Part shown: positions 10,840 to 21,001 of the stretch, one piece after another | Numbering within the stretch: position 1 is the first letter of the stretch | Layout of the letters: each line of letters starts with the position of its first letter | NCBI GenBank assembly: GCA_965226795.1 | Contig: CBDDDZ010000005.1 | Location: 1,536,001 to 1,600,000 of the forward strand | Reading direction: 5' to 3' | DNA from: Candidatus Latescibacterota bacterium | GTDB lineage: Bacteria; Latescibacterota; UBA2968; GCA-2709665 | Length of the DNA stretch: 64,000 bases | Notes under the pieces: model-generated | Told to the model about the DNA's origin: nothing | Seen by the model: the letters and a program-made list of their open reading frames with translations, nothing else | Databases searched by the model: none | Position numbers and translations under genes: made by a program

Positions 10840-11520
10840 ATGCAGGGTACGCGGGGACGATTGACCAGGCGGGAACTCAGGCAGGACGAGTTTGTGAACA
10901 GGATACTGGCTGCATGGGCTTATGTGGAGGAGAACTATATCCGGGTGCTTGCCGCTGGAGGAGGGGTGATGGTCCTTGTCCTGCTTGGTGTGTTTGTAAT
11001 GAACAGGATGGACGCCCAGGCCAGAGAGGCGGTGGAAGCGGAGGGGCGGGTCCGGGTATTGTTGCTCCAGGGGCAGGTTGACGATGCCATTATGGAAGCG
11101 GAACGCATAGCGGAAGCCTATAGCGGCGATGCAGCGGCGGGCCGGGCGCTTCAGCTGGCAGGCGGCCTTTATTTCGAAACGGGGCGCCACGCGGAGGCAC
11201 AGGCTGCATTTGAAAAATACCTGCAGGAGTTCAATGCAACGGGTCCCACGGGGTACAGCGCCTGGTCCGGTGTGGCCGCGGCGATGGAAGAACAGGGCGA
11301 TCCCGCAGGTTCGGCAGCCAGATACCAGGCGTTCGCCGATGAGTTCAAAGACTCGCCGTTTGCGCCCAATGCGCTCAAGGAGGCGGCCCGCTGTTATAGA
11401 GTTTCGGGAGACACCGATCAGGCCAGGATTCTGCTGCAGCGCATTCTGGACAAGTACTCCAAGAGCCCGGTTGTGCGGAGCGCAGAGGAGGAACTCGAGG
11501 AGATGGGTGGCATCGGATGA
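10840..11520 (+). CDS. Membrane-anchored TPR protein (YfgM-like)
   Basis: RRELRQDEFV N-terminus, one TM helix, TPR-like repeats; GGAGGAG RBS. Confidence 0.8.
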   Translation: MQGTRGRLTRRELRQDEFVNRILAAWAYVEENYIRVLAAGGGVMVLVLLGVFVMNRMDAQAREAVEAEGRVRVLLLQGQVDDAIMEAERIAEAYSGDAAAGRALQLAGGLYFETGRHAEAQAAFEKYLQEFNATGPTGYSAWSGVAAAMEEQGDPAGSAARYQAFADEFKDSPFAPNALKEAARCYRVSGDTDQARILLQRILDKYSKSPVVRSAEEELEEMGGIG

Positions 11521-14500
11521 ACGATCCCAATCTCATAATGACTCGTTTACGCAAATTCCACCCGACCAACCTGGCCGACGATATCCTGCTGGTGGTTCCG
11601 GACGACATGCTCGAGCATTCAACCGTTGTCCGCGTCCGTGAAGCGGTAGGGGACGTGGGGCGCCTGCCGGAAACGATCCTGCAGAGGGATTTCCGGCAGG
11701 CGATGTTCCGGGAAAGACACGTCATTGCCTGCGGAAATCTGGCAAATAACCGGGCGATTCAACGTTTATATACAGCCCGGTGCTGTTTTGTGGATACCTT
11801 TTTTCCGGGCGCGAATGGCTATCTGATCAAATCGATTTCGGATCCGTTCGGGTACGGCCGGAATTGTATTGTCGCAGGCGCCAGCACACAGGAAGGGCTG
11901 GAGGCGGCCCTGGTCGTCGTCAGGGACATCGTCGTCGCCAGTAGCGGCAGCCTGGATCGAGTTCACGCCGCGTCTTTCGATCAAAACCTGCCGCGGTTTC
12001 CGGATGCCTCCGAGATGGACCGGATGGTTCGGGGCGACCTGGAGATCTGGGGATCGGGGTGGTCGGCTTCGCCCTTTCGGGGCGGCGGGCTGCTGTCCTA
12101 TCTCTGGCACTATTACCTGACAGATCATCCGGTCTGGGCGCGAGCGGCGGTGGATATCCTGAAAGGATCGATAGAACCGTGGCGCGCGGAGTGCCGTGCG
12201 CACCCGGAGGCATACCACTGTTTTTTCAACCTGCACCTCCACATCCATCTATGGGACCTGGTGGAAGACAGCCCGCTGTTTTCCCCTGAAGACCGCCTGG
12301 GGGCGGTCGCCATGTTTGACGAGTTGTTGAGACATCTCATGGAACTCTCCTACGTCTCTGAGGAAGTGAATCCGCCCGGTGACATTCGGCAGAATCACAC
12401 GACCTTTATCGGGTTGAACCTGGCCGTGGGCGGCGATTATATGATCAGGCGGTACGGTATCGGCGAATTTCAGCGGGCGAACGATATCGCAAAGCGCATA
12501 TTTGAAGGTCAGATGGATTGTTATAAGCCCGATGACGATGGGGGAGTGGGGTATACCTGGCATGTGCCTCAGGAAACCCTCTCTTATTTTCTGTATCGAG
12601 GGGAGGACTGTTATATTGCCAAGGGCCACGTGTCGGACCTGTGTAAATTGGCGGTGGTGACGACCGACAATATGCGCAGCGAGTGCGGTTACGGCGATAC
12701 GTCCGGATACGCCCGCTTTTCCACCAACGGATGGGAAGCGCGCCTGTGGCCGTTGATGGTTTCGACCTGGCATCACCCGAACCCCGAACACCTCTGGACG
12801 TTGAACTGGCTGGGCCAGGGAAAACGTCCTCCGCTGGATCGGGCGCTGCACGGTCTTTATTCGGCGATTAACTACGTCGACGACGGCTTCGCGCTGGAAG
12901 GGTACCAGCCGCAAGCACCCCGCGAACTGCTTGGCATCTGCGCAATGGATATGCCCGAGGCCGTGCTGGACTGGGTCCGCAAACACGTCCCGCGGGCCCA
13001 TCATCCGGATGGGGGCAAACGGTATTTCGATAAATTGTCCCTCAGGCGGAACTTCGAGCCCGGAGGCGAATACCTGTTGCTGGAAGGACTCGGCACGACC
13101 TGCCATGGACACGAAGATACCAATGCGATCGTACGACTTACGTGGAACAACAGGGCGTGGCTGGCGGATGGGGATTACATCCGCGCGGCGCCCAGGTTTC
13201 ACAATTCCGTCGTGGTCATGCGCGACGGCGACGGCGTTCTTGAATCGCCGGGAGACGGCGTGGTCATTCCGCCGCTGGCGTCCCTGAACATCAGTAACGA
13301 CGGTGCGGAATTCGCATTGGTCCGCACGGAGGCCGCGGGTTACAACGGTGTGGATTGGCAACGGGATATTTTCTGGCGCAAGGGACGGTATATGGTGGTT
13401 ATGGACCGGCTACGCTGTTATGAAGCCGGGGACTATCACCTGCAGTGTTTGTGGCGGATGGTAGGGGATCCGGAACTCGAAGCGAACGGGATTCACATCC
13501 GGCAGGAAGGAGAAGGGTTTCATATTCGTAACGCTGACGGTTCCGCGCAGGAGATCGTCCCGGATCCGCACGTCAAGAGTCGCTGGGGGACCTATCCATT
13601 TGCAGAGGGTACGCTTTCCGTGCTGCATCAGCGAAAAGGGTGTACGCTCGATGCCGGAATGTCGTTTACCTTTATGAATCTGCTCACCCCTGACACAGAC
13701 ATTCATATGGAGCGGGTCGGTCCCGATGCGGTGAAAGTGACGGACGCAGACGAAGTCACGTTGTTGGGCGCGGGAACCCTGGAACTGGATGATCTCCAGC
13801 TTGCTGGGCGCATGTTTGCGTGCCTGGCCCGGGACGGTCGGGTGGTTGTACAGGGCATCGAACGGCTGGCTGGACGGGCGGTTGAAAGCCTTGAACAGGT
13901 CCTGGATCGTCCGGAGCTTTCGGCGGGGATCCGGTCCGCTCGAGAAGCGCTGGCGGTGAGGCCACCGTCGATCCGTCCCTCGGTTTCAGGCGGTCTGACG
14001 CAACGATGGCGCCGGGAATTCCCCGCCGGCATCCGGGATATCTCCGTCTCAGGAGACGGCAGATTGCTTCTGGCGAACGGCGGGGAGGTTGCGTGCCTGG
14101 TTGCGGCGACCGGCGAGACGGTCTGGTCTAGACCCGTTGGCGTGGAAGGTGGCGCCAGCCGGGTACATGCATCGGACATCGACGGAGACGGGAATTCGGA
14201 AGCCCTGTTGGGAACCGAGGACTCGCAACTTATTGTACTGGAAGGAGATTCCGGTGAGGATCGGTGGCGCCGCGGGTTGGTGAATATGTCGAGTCGCGGC
14301 TCGAGGGTGTCGGGTCTCGCCGTTGCGGATCTGGAGGGCAATGGCGACCTGAGCGTGCTTGCCGGTACCGAAGGATGGTTTGTCAATGCGTTTGGGCGGG
14401 ATGGCACCCCCAAATGGGCCGAATGGTTTCGGTATCACGCCATAACCGCGCTGAAAGTGGAGGACACGGACGGAGATGGAAGGGCCGAGATTCTGGTCGG

Positions 14501-15059
14501 TACGGAATATTATACGCCGCTAACGGTACACAATTATGACGGGTCGTTTCGCTGGTCCACGTTCGAACAGGTCGGATCGCATGGTAACGCCACAACGCCC
14601 AGGCGCGGCATCTGCCTGAAACATATGACTCTGTGCGACCTGGATCGCGACGGTATTCTGGAAATCGTGTACGGTACGGAGGACGGCTGGCTTTACGCCG
14701 TCAAACCGAAAGACGGCGCCGAAGTCTGGCATACCAATCTTGTGGGGGAGATTACCGGGCTTGTCGTCCTGGAGGATGTTTTGATTGCGGCGTGCGAATA
14801 CGGCGCGCTCTACGGGTTCGATTTTGAAGGCAATCTGATCTGGCGTCGCCATGAAGCGCAATGGATTCACACGCTCGCTGAATCCCGCGGCGTTATCGCC
14901 GCCGCGGCGAACCGGCGGGAAATCCGAACGTACGACGCAGAGGGACGTTGTCAGGGTTTGTTGGAAATGCCCGCGAACATCACGTCGCTCGTCGCGGGGG
15001 ACCATGGATTTCTCTGTGCCACCGGACGCCATTTGTCCGCGCTGGATGTTTCTATATGA
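11517..15059 (+). CDS. Large heparinase II/III-like protein with C-terminal FG-GAP/PQQ-type beta-propeller
   Basis: HGHEDTNAI...HNSVVV motif; repeated D-x-D-G-D-G loops and W-containing propeller blades in the C-terminal third. Confidence 0.6.
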   Translation: MNDPNLIMTRLRKFHPTNLADDILLVVPDDMLEHSTVVRVREAVGDVGRLPETILQRDFRQAMFRERHVIACGNLANNRAIQRLYTARCCFVDTFFPGANGYLIKSISDPFGYGRNCIVAGASTQEGLEAALVVVRDIVVASSGSLDRVHAASFDQNLPRFPDASEMDRMVRGDLEIWGSGWSASPFRGGGLLSYLWHYYLTDHPVWARAAVDILKGSIEPWRAECRAHPEAYHCFFNLHLHIHLWDLVEDSPLFSPEDRLGAVAMFDELLRHLMELSYVSEEVNPPGDIRQNHTTFIGLNLAVGGDYMIRRYGIGEFQRANDIAKRIFEGQMDCYKPDDDGGVGYTWHVPQETLSYFLYRGEDCYIAKGHVSDLCKLAVVTTDNMRSECGYGDTSGYARFSTNGWEARLWPLMVSTWHHPNPEHLWTLNWLGQGKRPPLDRALHGLYSAINYVDDGFALEGYQPQAPRELLGICAMDMPEAVLDWVRKHVPRAHHPDGGKRYFDKLSLRRNFEPGGEYLLLEGLGTTCHGHEDTNAIVRLTWNNRAWLADGDYIRAAPRFHNSVVVMRDGDGVLESPGDGVVIPPLASLNISNDGAEFALVRTEAAGYNGVDWQRDIFWRKGRYMVVMDRLRCYEAGDYHLQCLWRMVGDPELEANGIHIRQEGEGFHIRNADGSAQEIVPDPHVKSRWGTYPFAEGTLSVLHQRKGCTLDAGMSFTFMNLLTPDTDIHMERVGPDAVKVTDADEVTLLGAGTLELDDLQLAGRMFACLARDGRVVVQGIERLAGRAVESLEQVLDRPELSAGIRSAREALAVRPPSIRPSVSGGLTQRWRREFPAGIRDISVSGDGRLLLANGGEVACLVAATGETVWSRPVGVEGGASRVHASDIDGDGNSEALLGTEDSQLIVLEGDSGEDRWRRGLVNMSSRGSRVSGLAVADLEGNGDLSVLAGTEGWFVNAFGRDGTPKWAEWFRYHAITALKVEDTDGDGRAEILVGTEYYTPLTVHNYDGSFRWSTFEQVGSHGNATTPRRGICLKHMTLCDLDRDGILEIVYGTEDGWLYAVKPKDGAEVWHTNLVGEITGLVVLEDVLIAACEYGALYGFDFEGNLIWRRHEAQWIHTLAESRGVIAAAANRREIRTYDAEGRCQGLLEMPANITSLVAGDHGFLCATGRHLSALDVSI

Positions 15060-15153
15060 AAACACAGCAAGCTCCAGGACAACGGTTTAGCGATTGATAT
15101 CCAAGCGATACTAGAGCCTCACGTGAGGCGATAGAAAGGTAGGTGAATCTGGG

Positions 15154-15181
15154 AAAGCCGCCTTAACGAGAGGCGGCTTTT
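15154..15181 (+). terminator. Intrinsic (possibly bidirectional) terminator
   Basis: AAAGCCGCCT-7 nt loop-AGGCGGCTTT followed by T. Confidence 0.75.
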
Positions 15182-15202
15182 ATGATGCTCAAGAGTGCAT
15201 AC

Positions 15203-15254
15203 GTGAACAAATGAGTATAATTCACATTGACAGACCGTGACGATTTATTAATAT
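15203..15254 (+). promoter_or_regulatory. sigma70-type promoter with an upstream inverted repeat
   Basis: TTGACA (15227-32), 16 bp, TAATAT (15249-54); GTGAA-N13-TTCAC inverted repeat at 15203-15225. Confidence 0.65.
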
Positions 15255-15260
15255 TGTTAC

Positions 15261-15582
15261 CACGCACGCAGTGTGTACAGCAGCAGGCGGTCTGGTTTCA
15301 GTGTCGGCCGCGACGGACGTCGTTGAGAATTCCCGATCATGTGGAATTGGGGAGCGTCCAGAATGGAAAGCCCGGATACAGGCTCAAAGCGGCGCACATC
15401 CCCTGAAACGACTTTGACGGCAAAAGAATAACGGGTATTACAAAAAAATCGCACGCGGAAAGGGCACTGGCGTCTGCACCGGGATTGAATGGCCAAACCA
15501 ACTGGGGCAGACTAAATGCAACCTGTCAAGAAAGGGTAGCGAAATGCGAGTAGGGGAGTAAGGTCCGTACTCACCAGGCTAG
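15261..15582 (+). ncRNA. 5' part of a candidate large structured ncRNA (interrupted by IS elements)
   Basis: No credible ORF; follows a promoter; nested helices GTTTCAG/CTGAAAC, GCCGC/GCGGC, GGACG/CGTCC, AATTCC/GGAATT, TTGACGG/CTGTCAA, GTCTGC/GCAGAC. Confidence 0.55.
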
Positions 15583-15678
15583 GAGCCTGTCGGAGTACGT
15601 GTGGTTAAAGAGTTGAATACAGTGTCGATAGGCGGAATGAGCGGTGGATGGAGCGTCAAGGCGAGTTGCGGTGTCGTC

Positions 15679-17067
15679 CTATGCGGGATTGGGCAGCCAG
15701 TTCAGCCTGTCGAGCTTCAAGAGGTTGTGCGTAATGCAGATGAGGTTCCATTCTGCGGTAACTTTTTTAAGACCTCTGAAGGTGAAGCGGTCGAGGCGGC
15801 GAAGTTGTTTGATCTGTCCGAACACGGGTTCAACGATATGCTTTCTCTTTGCGTAGGTGCATCGACCCTTGATTGTACGTAGCTTTCTGGCCATTCTTTC
15901 CTTGGGCGTTGCGTTTTTGGGTATGCGGCCACGTGGAGACTTGGGGATGGGGTCTGTGTGCTTGTGTTTTTGGGTGGCGATGTAAGTATCGATGCCTTCG
16001 GGGAGACGCTCGATCTGGTGTTGACTGTAGTATCCTGAATCCGCGGTAAGACATTTTGGGTTTTGGCCCGTATGGGTCTTGATCCGCTGTACCATGGATA
16101 CCGTCTGATTTTTGTCGTTGGCGGTCCTGGGTGACGTCGGCTGCAAGGATGATCTGTGCCTTCTCATCAACGGCGGCCTGGCAGTTGTAGGCTTGCACGA
16201 AGGTGCCGCCGGAAACCATAATGCGGGAGTCCGGGTCGGTGAAGTTGCGCTGTCGTTTTGCTTCGGGTTCTTTGGAAGGCGGTTTTGGCTTCTTGCCGGG
16301 GCGCTTGCGATGCTTACGCTTCTTCAATTTGTCTTCGTATGTGGCCTGTTTGTCCGCATACTCAGCCTGTGCTTCGGCTTCTAACTCGGCCATCGCCGCA
16401 CGGATCTTTTCCAGACGCCCTTTCCCGAACGCCCAGCCTTCGGCGGGTTCGTCGCCGCGATTGCCCTTGCCATACAGCGCATCTTCAGCAGCGTCCGTCG
16501 CTTCGGCCTGCGCCAGAAGCCGCTTGACCTCCGCCTCGAGTTCCGACGCCTTCTTCTTCATACGTCCGTAGCTCATCGCTTTGTGCTTCGAGGCGTTCGC
16601 TTTCACTTTGGTACCATCCAGCGCCACGTGCCCAAGTTTTACCAGACCCCCCTTCTGGCAAAGCCCAAGCACCTGTGTGAACATCCCTGACAGGGCGTCA
16701 AGATGCCGTTGACGAAACGCGGATATCGTATCGTGATCAGGATGCTGATCCAATCCCAGCACGCGGAACGCGACAGAGTCATACGTCGCCTGCCTGCTGC
16801 AGGCAGGCAGGCTCTATCTTCCGCGAACTCGTGGATGCCTTCACAGTATGCATATAGCAGCAGACCCACCATCATTCTCGGTTCGTAGGGCGGCTGTCCA
16901 CCCTTCGACCCGTCATACGACCCATATATCGACGACAGATCCAGTTCGCCAACGATGTCCAAAATGAAATACGCCTTATGGTCTTTCGGTAGCCACTCCC
17001 GAAGGTCCGGAGGCAACAGCATCAATTGGTCTGGATGATAATCACGAAAACGCGTCGGAGTGTCCAT
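15679..17067 (-). pseudogene. IS1182 transposase, frameshifted
   Basis: DQLMLLPPDLREWLP, HVALDGTKVKANASKHK, NFTDPDSRIM, YAKRKHIVEPVFGQIK spread over three frames; single extra C near 16832 and 16123 plus a 19-bp palindrome insertion. Confidence 0.9.
16789..16807. repeat. 19-bp palindromic micro-insertion CCTGCCTGC-T-GCAGGCAGG
   Basis: Removing 19 bp restores SSRKIE(Q/P)ATYDSVAFRV; exact reverse complement of 59201-59219. Confidence 0.85.
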
Positions 17068-17152
17068 TACGACCTCAAATTTAGGATGCCTGGTGGCGAC
17101 ACTCCTATTATAAGAAATTTTCATCCAATAGGGTACTCCGACAGACTTCTAG

Positions 17153-18676
17153 CCTGAAAAGTTCACAAAAAAGGTAGTTTCCTTACCCAAGTTCGTATTA
17201 TAGTGGTTACGCAAATAACCATAACACAATGAGGAGGCAACTACCGGAGTTCAAGATACACATCACAGGGTGTCTTTCGCAAGTCTTTCTGGTGCCGGTA
17301 GAAGCCACCTTCGACGGAGGCATCCGACCAGCGACAGCGGGGTGATGCTGCTTCGTGAGGTGGAGGCCAGAACCGGGATTTTGCATAGGATGGTTGCGGC
17401 GCTCACGGATCGTCGACATCAAAGTTACGTACATCATCAGATGATGGATCTGGTCAAACAACGTGTGTTTCAGATGGCCTGTGGATATGAGGACGCGAAC
17501 GATTGCAATACGTTGCGCGAGGATCCCGGCTTCAAGGCGGCCTGTGATCGGTTGCCGCTTTCCGGTGCGGATCTGGCCAGTCAACCCACGATGAGTCGGT
17601 TCGAGAACCGGATCAGCAGAACCGATTTGTATCGGATCGCCAAGGCCTTTGCGGATGTGTTTGTCGCCTCGTATGAGGAACCGCCCGAAGCCATTCTGTT
17701 GGATATCGATGACACGGAAGACAAGGTGTATGGGTCTCAACAGTTGTCGTTGTTCAATGCGATGGCTATTGCTACCAGCCCCTGCATATCTATGAAGGCC
17801 AGACGGGCGATCACGACGGTCTTGCGTCCTGGCAGGCGGCCCACGGGTAAAGAGATCGTCACCATTCTCAAACGGGTGATCGCCTAAATCCTGTTGCGCG
17901 GCGATGCTCATTTTTCGTGTCCGGAATGCACGCGTTGTGTGAAGACCTCCTCGGACAAAACGGCAACGACTGCTGCGCTCGGCACAGTCCTTTAGACCAG
18001 GCCAAAACGCTGTATGCCGCTTCGGGAAAACCCGTGCGCCTTTATCGCTGTTGTCAGGCGAAAACCTGGGCTTGTCCACAACGCATCATCTGCAAGGCGG
18101 AAGTATATCCGATTCGTGGTCACCATAAAGCGCGCCCAACCGTCATTCATCTACAAAACCGCCTATTGCGCACGCGGCAGGATGGAAAACTTCATGAATC
18201 ACAAGATTCCGATCCACCTCTTGTCACATCTTCCAGGCCAATCACTTCCGTCTCTTTCTCCACAGCGCCGCCTATGTCCTGATGACGCCTTGGCACAAAC
18301 CGGGTTGCGCGGCACGAAGTGGACGAACGCACAGTTCAATACCCTGCAAAAGGAGTCGCCGGGCCGTTTGTGAGTTGAAAACAAAAATCAGGTTCCATCT
18401 GCCAACCGACCTTTATCGCAAGATCCTCTACAACCTGGCAACGTGTGTTCCAAAATCGTCGAGCTGACCGCGCCTTCACGTTTGGACCGACACGACCAAC
18501 AGCCACGGAGACGTCTGTGCTCTTGACAGGAATTCAGAGCAAGCTGACGCCACGGAGCAAACGTGCTGCCAGCAGGCGCCGCCGACACGGCCTGGACAGA
18601 TCCGTCTCAGCCCGTGCTCTTTCGGTCTCACTCGGAAGCTCTTTCTGCTTCCTCATACTGCATTCCGTGACGGAAG
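17153..18676 (+). mobile_element. IS1380-family element, heavily eroded
   Basis: Starts CCTGAAAAGTTCAC; TSDSGVMLLRE, GYEDANDCNTLREDP, LASQPTMSRFEN, LDIDDTED and YCARGRMENF fragments; right end degenerate, followed by CTAG (18677-80). Confidence 0.85.
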
Positions 18677-18680
18677 CTAG

Positions 18681-18904
18681 TTAAAGCCGAAAGGGTGTGA
18701 GGGCAACGTCGGAGTATATCAACAAGCCTGACCGACCGCCAGCTTGCCGAAGGAGCGATGGGAATTTCGGCTTTGGGACGCCTTGATTATCGAAAACCGC
18801 ACAGTTTACGACGCCCAATAGGCCAAAGAGGCAACTGCCTGCAGATTTGCGGTTAAACCAAGAGGAAGATAAGCCGTCTCGTTTTGCGCGGCGGCCTGTT
18901 TACA
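18681..18904 (+). ncRNA. 3' part of the candidate structured ncRNA
   Basis: AGCC and GTGAG complete helices begun before the IS block; GACCGCC (18734-40) pairs with GGCGGTC (15286-92); further hairpins GCCGAA/TTCGGC and AACCGCA/TGCGGTT. Confidence 0.5.
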
Positions 18905-18963
18905 TGAAGGGAAGGAGGCCTCGGCGCCACGCGATGCGCGCCGTACCCGAATTCTGACTTTCG

Positions 18964-19299
18964 TTGTGCTTATTGCATTGGATGACACAGGACCTTCCGA
19001 GAAAAAATCCATTTCAGGAAGAGCGAGAGGCTCGGAAGGCCTTGAAGAATTCGGCGCCACGCGTAGTTTTGCGCGCCGTACCCGAAACGATGGTAAAATC
19101 AAATTGGTACAATACGCTTAAAGAAGCCCTCACGGCTGAACAACGCCAAGTGCTACGAGTGATCATCGTAAAGGTTGGAGAGTCCTATTATTGGGCAAGC
19201 CGAGACAACCGAGAACTGATTTACAATAAGAGCGGATTATTTCACAATTTCACTGACGCCCAAGTCGGAGCAGTGGTAAAGGTGTTTGTCCCGAGTTAA
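18964..19299 (+). CDS. Hypothetical protein (possibly a remnant)
   Basis: 111-aa ORF with protein-like composition; part of it is duplicated in degenerate form at 18921-18951. Confidence 0.4.
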   Translation: MCLLHWMTQDLPRKNPFQEEREARKALKNSAPRVVLRAVPETMVKSNWYNTLKEALTAEQRQVLRVIIVKVGESYYWASRDNRELIYNKSGLFHNFTDAQVGAVVKVFVPS

Positions 19300-19912
19300 C
19301 ATCCCGTAGATGGCTTTGATGGATATAACCCCTCGTATTATGACAAGGGATCGAACCGGGTGCAGTTTTTCGAATGCATCTCAATCGGACTCACGACTTA
19401 CACCTATTGGGGTACGGCTTCTGAGTTTAATCCTTGACGAAGTGCGTGGTGTAAAATCAAAATACCACGATAAAAATTACATCAAGTTCATGGGGAATTC
19501 CCACGACAAAACGAAAATTACGGGACAAGATTGCGGCTGGTATGTACGTATCCGTTTATGGTGAGAAATGCAAGAGGAGCAGGGCAGGGGACGCGAAGTC
19601 TGCAGTCAAGGAACTCTAAGTGATTGCTGAAGAGTTTATCGAGGCTCGGCGGGAGCACGACACCCAAATCGCCAAAAAACCAACGGCCGGCGAATACGTG
19701 GCTAAACCGATAGGTAGATAAGCCGCAGGGAAATCGCATTCGGTGCGGGCGCGTGTCAAGCCTTGTCGATATTTCCCAAGTTGGCAAAATTGAGGCGACA
19801 AGCGGGCAAGCGGTCACACGCATCAGGGGAGAAATCGCGTTCAAGAGGAATGTGCAAAATGCGAGTACAAAAACGAAGAGAATTAGCTGACATTTTCCGG
19901 GACGAACTGGAT

Positions 19913-20679
19913 ATGGAGAAATCACCACCCAAGCCGCCCTCGGGTTCGGTTTTGTGGAGGTATATGAACTTCGATAAATACATCCACATGTTGATTAATG
20001 GTGGTGTTTTCTTTCCTTTTGTCCATAAATTGGGGGATCCATTCGAGGGAAGCCTGCCGCGCAAGACATTGCAACGGGCGCTCAAATGGCTGGGCGGTCC
20101 GCAAGGGGTTGAGGTCTTCGACAAAAACATAAGAACGCAGTATGTCGTTTACTGCTGGCACGAAATGGAACACGAATCGGAAGCCATGTGGCGTCTCTAT
20201 GCCGGGAGCGGCCCGGGAGTAGCAATCAGAACCAACTTTGAGTCCTTGATAAAGACCATCTTTCAAGGCGTTAAATCCGAAGCCGCAGATTTTTATGGAA
20301 GAGTAGAATACGTAGACTACGAACCACCGATATTCCGATGCTAAGCACAATTCCGGTGTTTTGCAAGAGGAAATCATTTTCTCATGAGCGTGAAGTTCGG
20401 ATTGCCCGAATTGCGAAGAGAGAGCCAGACCGCTCAGGAGTGGTCTATAGCGTGGATTTGGACGAACTTGTCCATGAGGTGGTTCTATCACCTTTCGCGG
20501 AGGACTGGACACTTGAGGTCGTCAACGCAGTCACGAGGAAATTCAAAGAATCATTAGTGAAAAAAGTCAGACCCTCAGAAATAGAAAAACGAACAACCTT
20601 AGATGAGCTTCTTGAAGGATCGCGGGAACCCCAGCCGAAGGTTAGTCTGGCCGATATCTTAGCCAGATCCGTGTCGTGA
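19913..20679 (+). pseudogene. DUF2971-like protein, frameshifted near 20330
   Basis: LWRYMNFDKY...DPFEG...CWHEMEHESEAMWRLY...GVAIRT in one frame; KRKSFSHEREVRI...EVVLSP in the next. Confidence 0.75.
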
Positions 20680-21001
20680 AGGCTTGAGAATTGACGACAA
20701 AGACCGTCCAGAAAATAAAAAGTGCGTTTTCGGTCGCTTTGCAGCCGATCCCCGATATATGCCAAGGACGTTGAACCGTTAGACCGCGCCTCGTGGGAGT
20801 TGTCTAAGTGGATAGAGAACTGCTATCACGGTAGCGCTATTCGGCGACCCGCGTACAACTGTTGCTGACCGCGCCGATCGTCCAAGACATTGCTTAGGGA
20901 TTTTGCGAATACGGGGCGAGTGAGGCCCTTGACAGGATTGACAATTGTGATTTCTTTTTATTGAAGATGCGTCGCGAGCCTTCTGGAACGAACCAACTAA
21001 A

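Larger units (their letters stand above)
15583..17148 (-). mobile_element. IS1182-family insertion sequence
   Basis: 16-bp terminal inverted repeats matching 14/16 (15583-98 and 17133-48); CTAG on both flanks (15579-82, 17149-52). Confidence 0.9.

Noticed and set aside
15060..15260. Second dif-like site that would bound an Xer-integrated element
   Set aside because: AT-rich stretches present but no convincing 11-6-11 match
15261..18745. Candidate RNA as RNase P, tmRNA or a group I intron
   Set aside because: GGAAAGCCCGG and GCAGACTAAA are only partial look-alikes; there is no matching 3' P4 strand, no tRNA-like ends or tag ORF, and no good P7 partner
19310..19800. Possible HicB-like remnant (AVKEL*VIAEEFIE)
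   Set aside because: Too fragmented by stops and frameshifts to support a call
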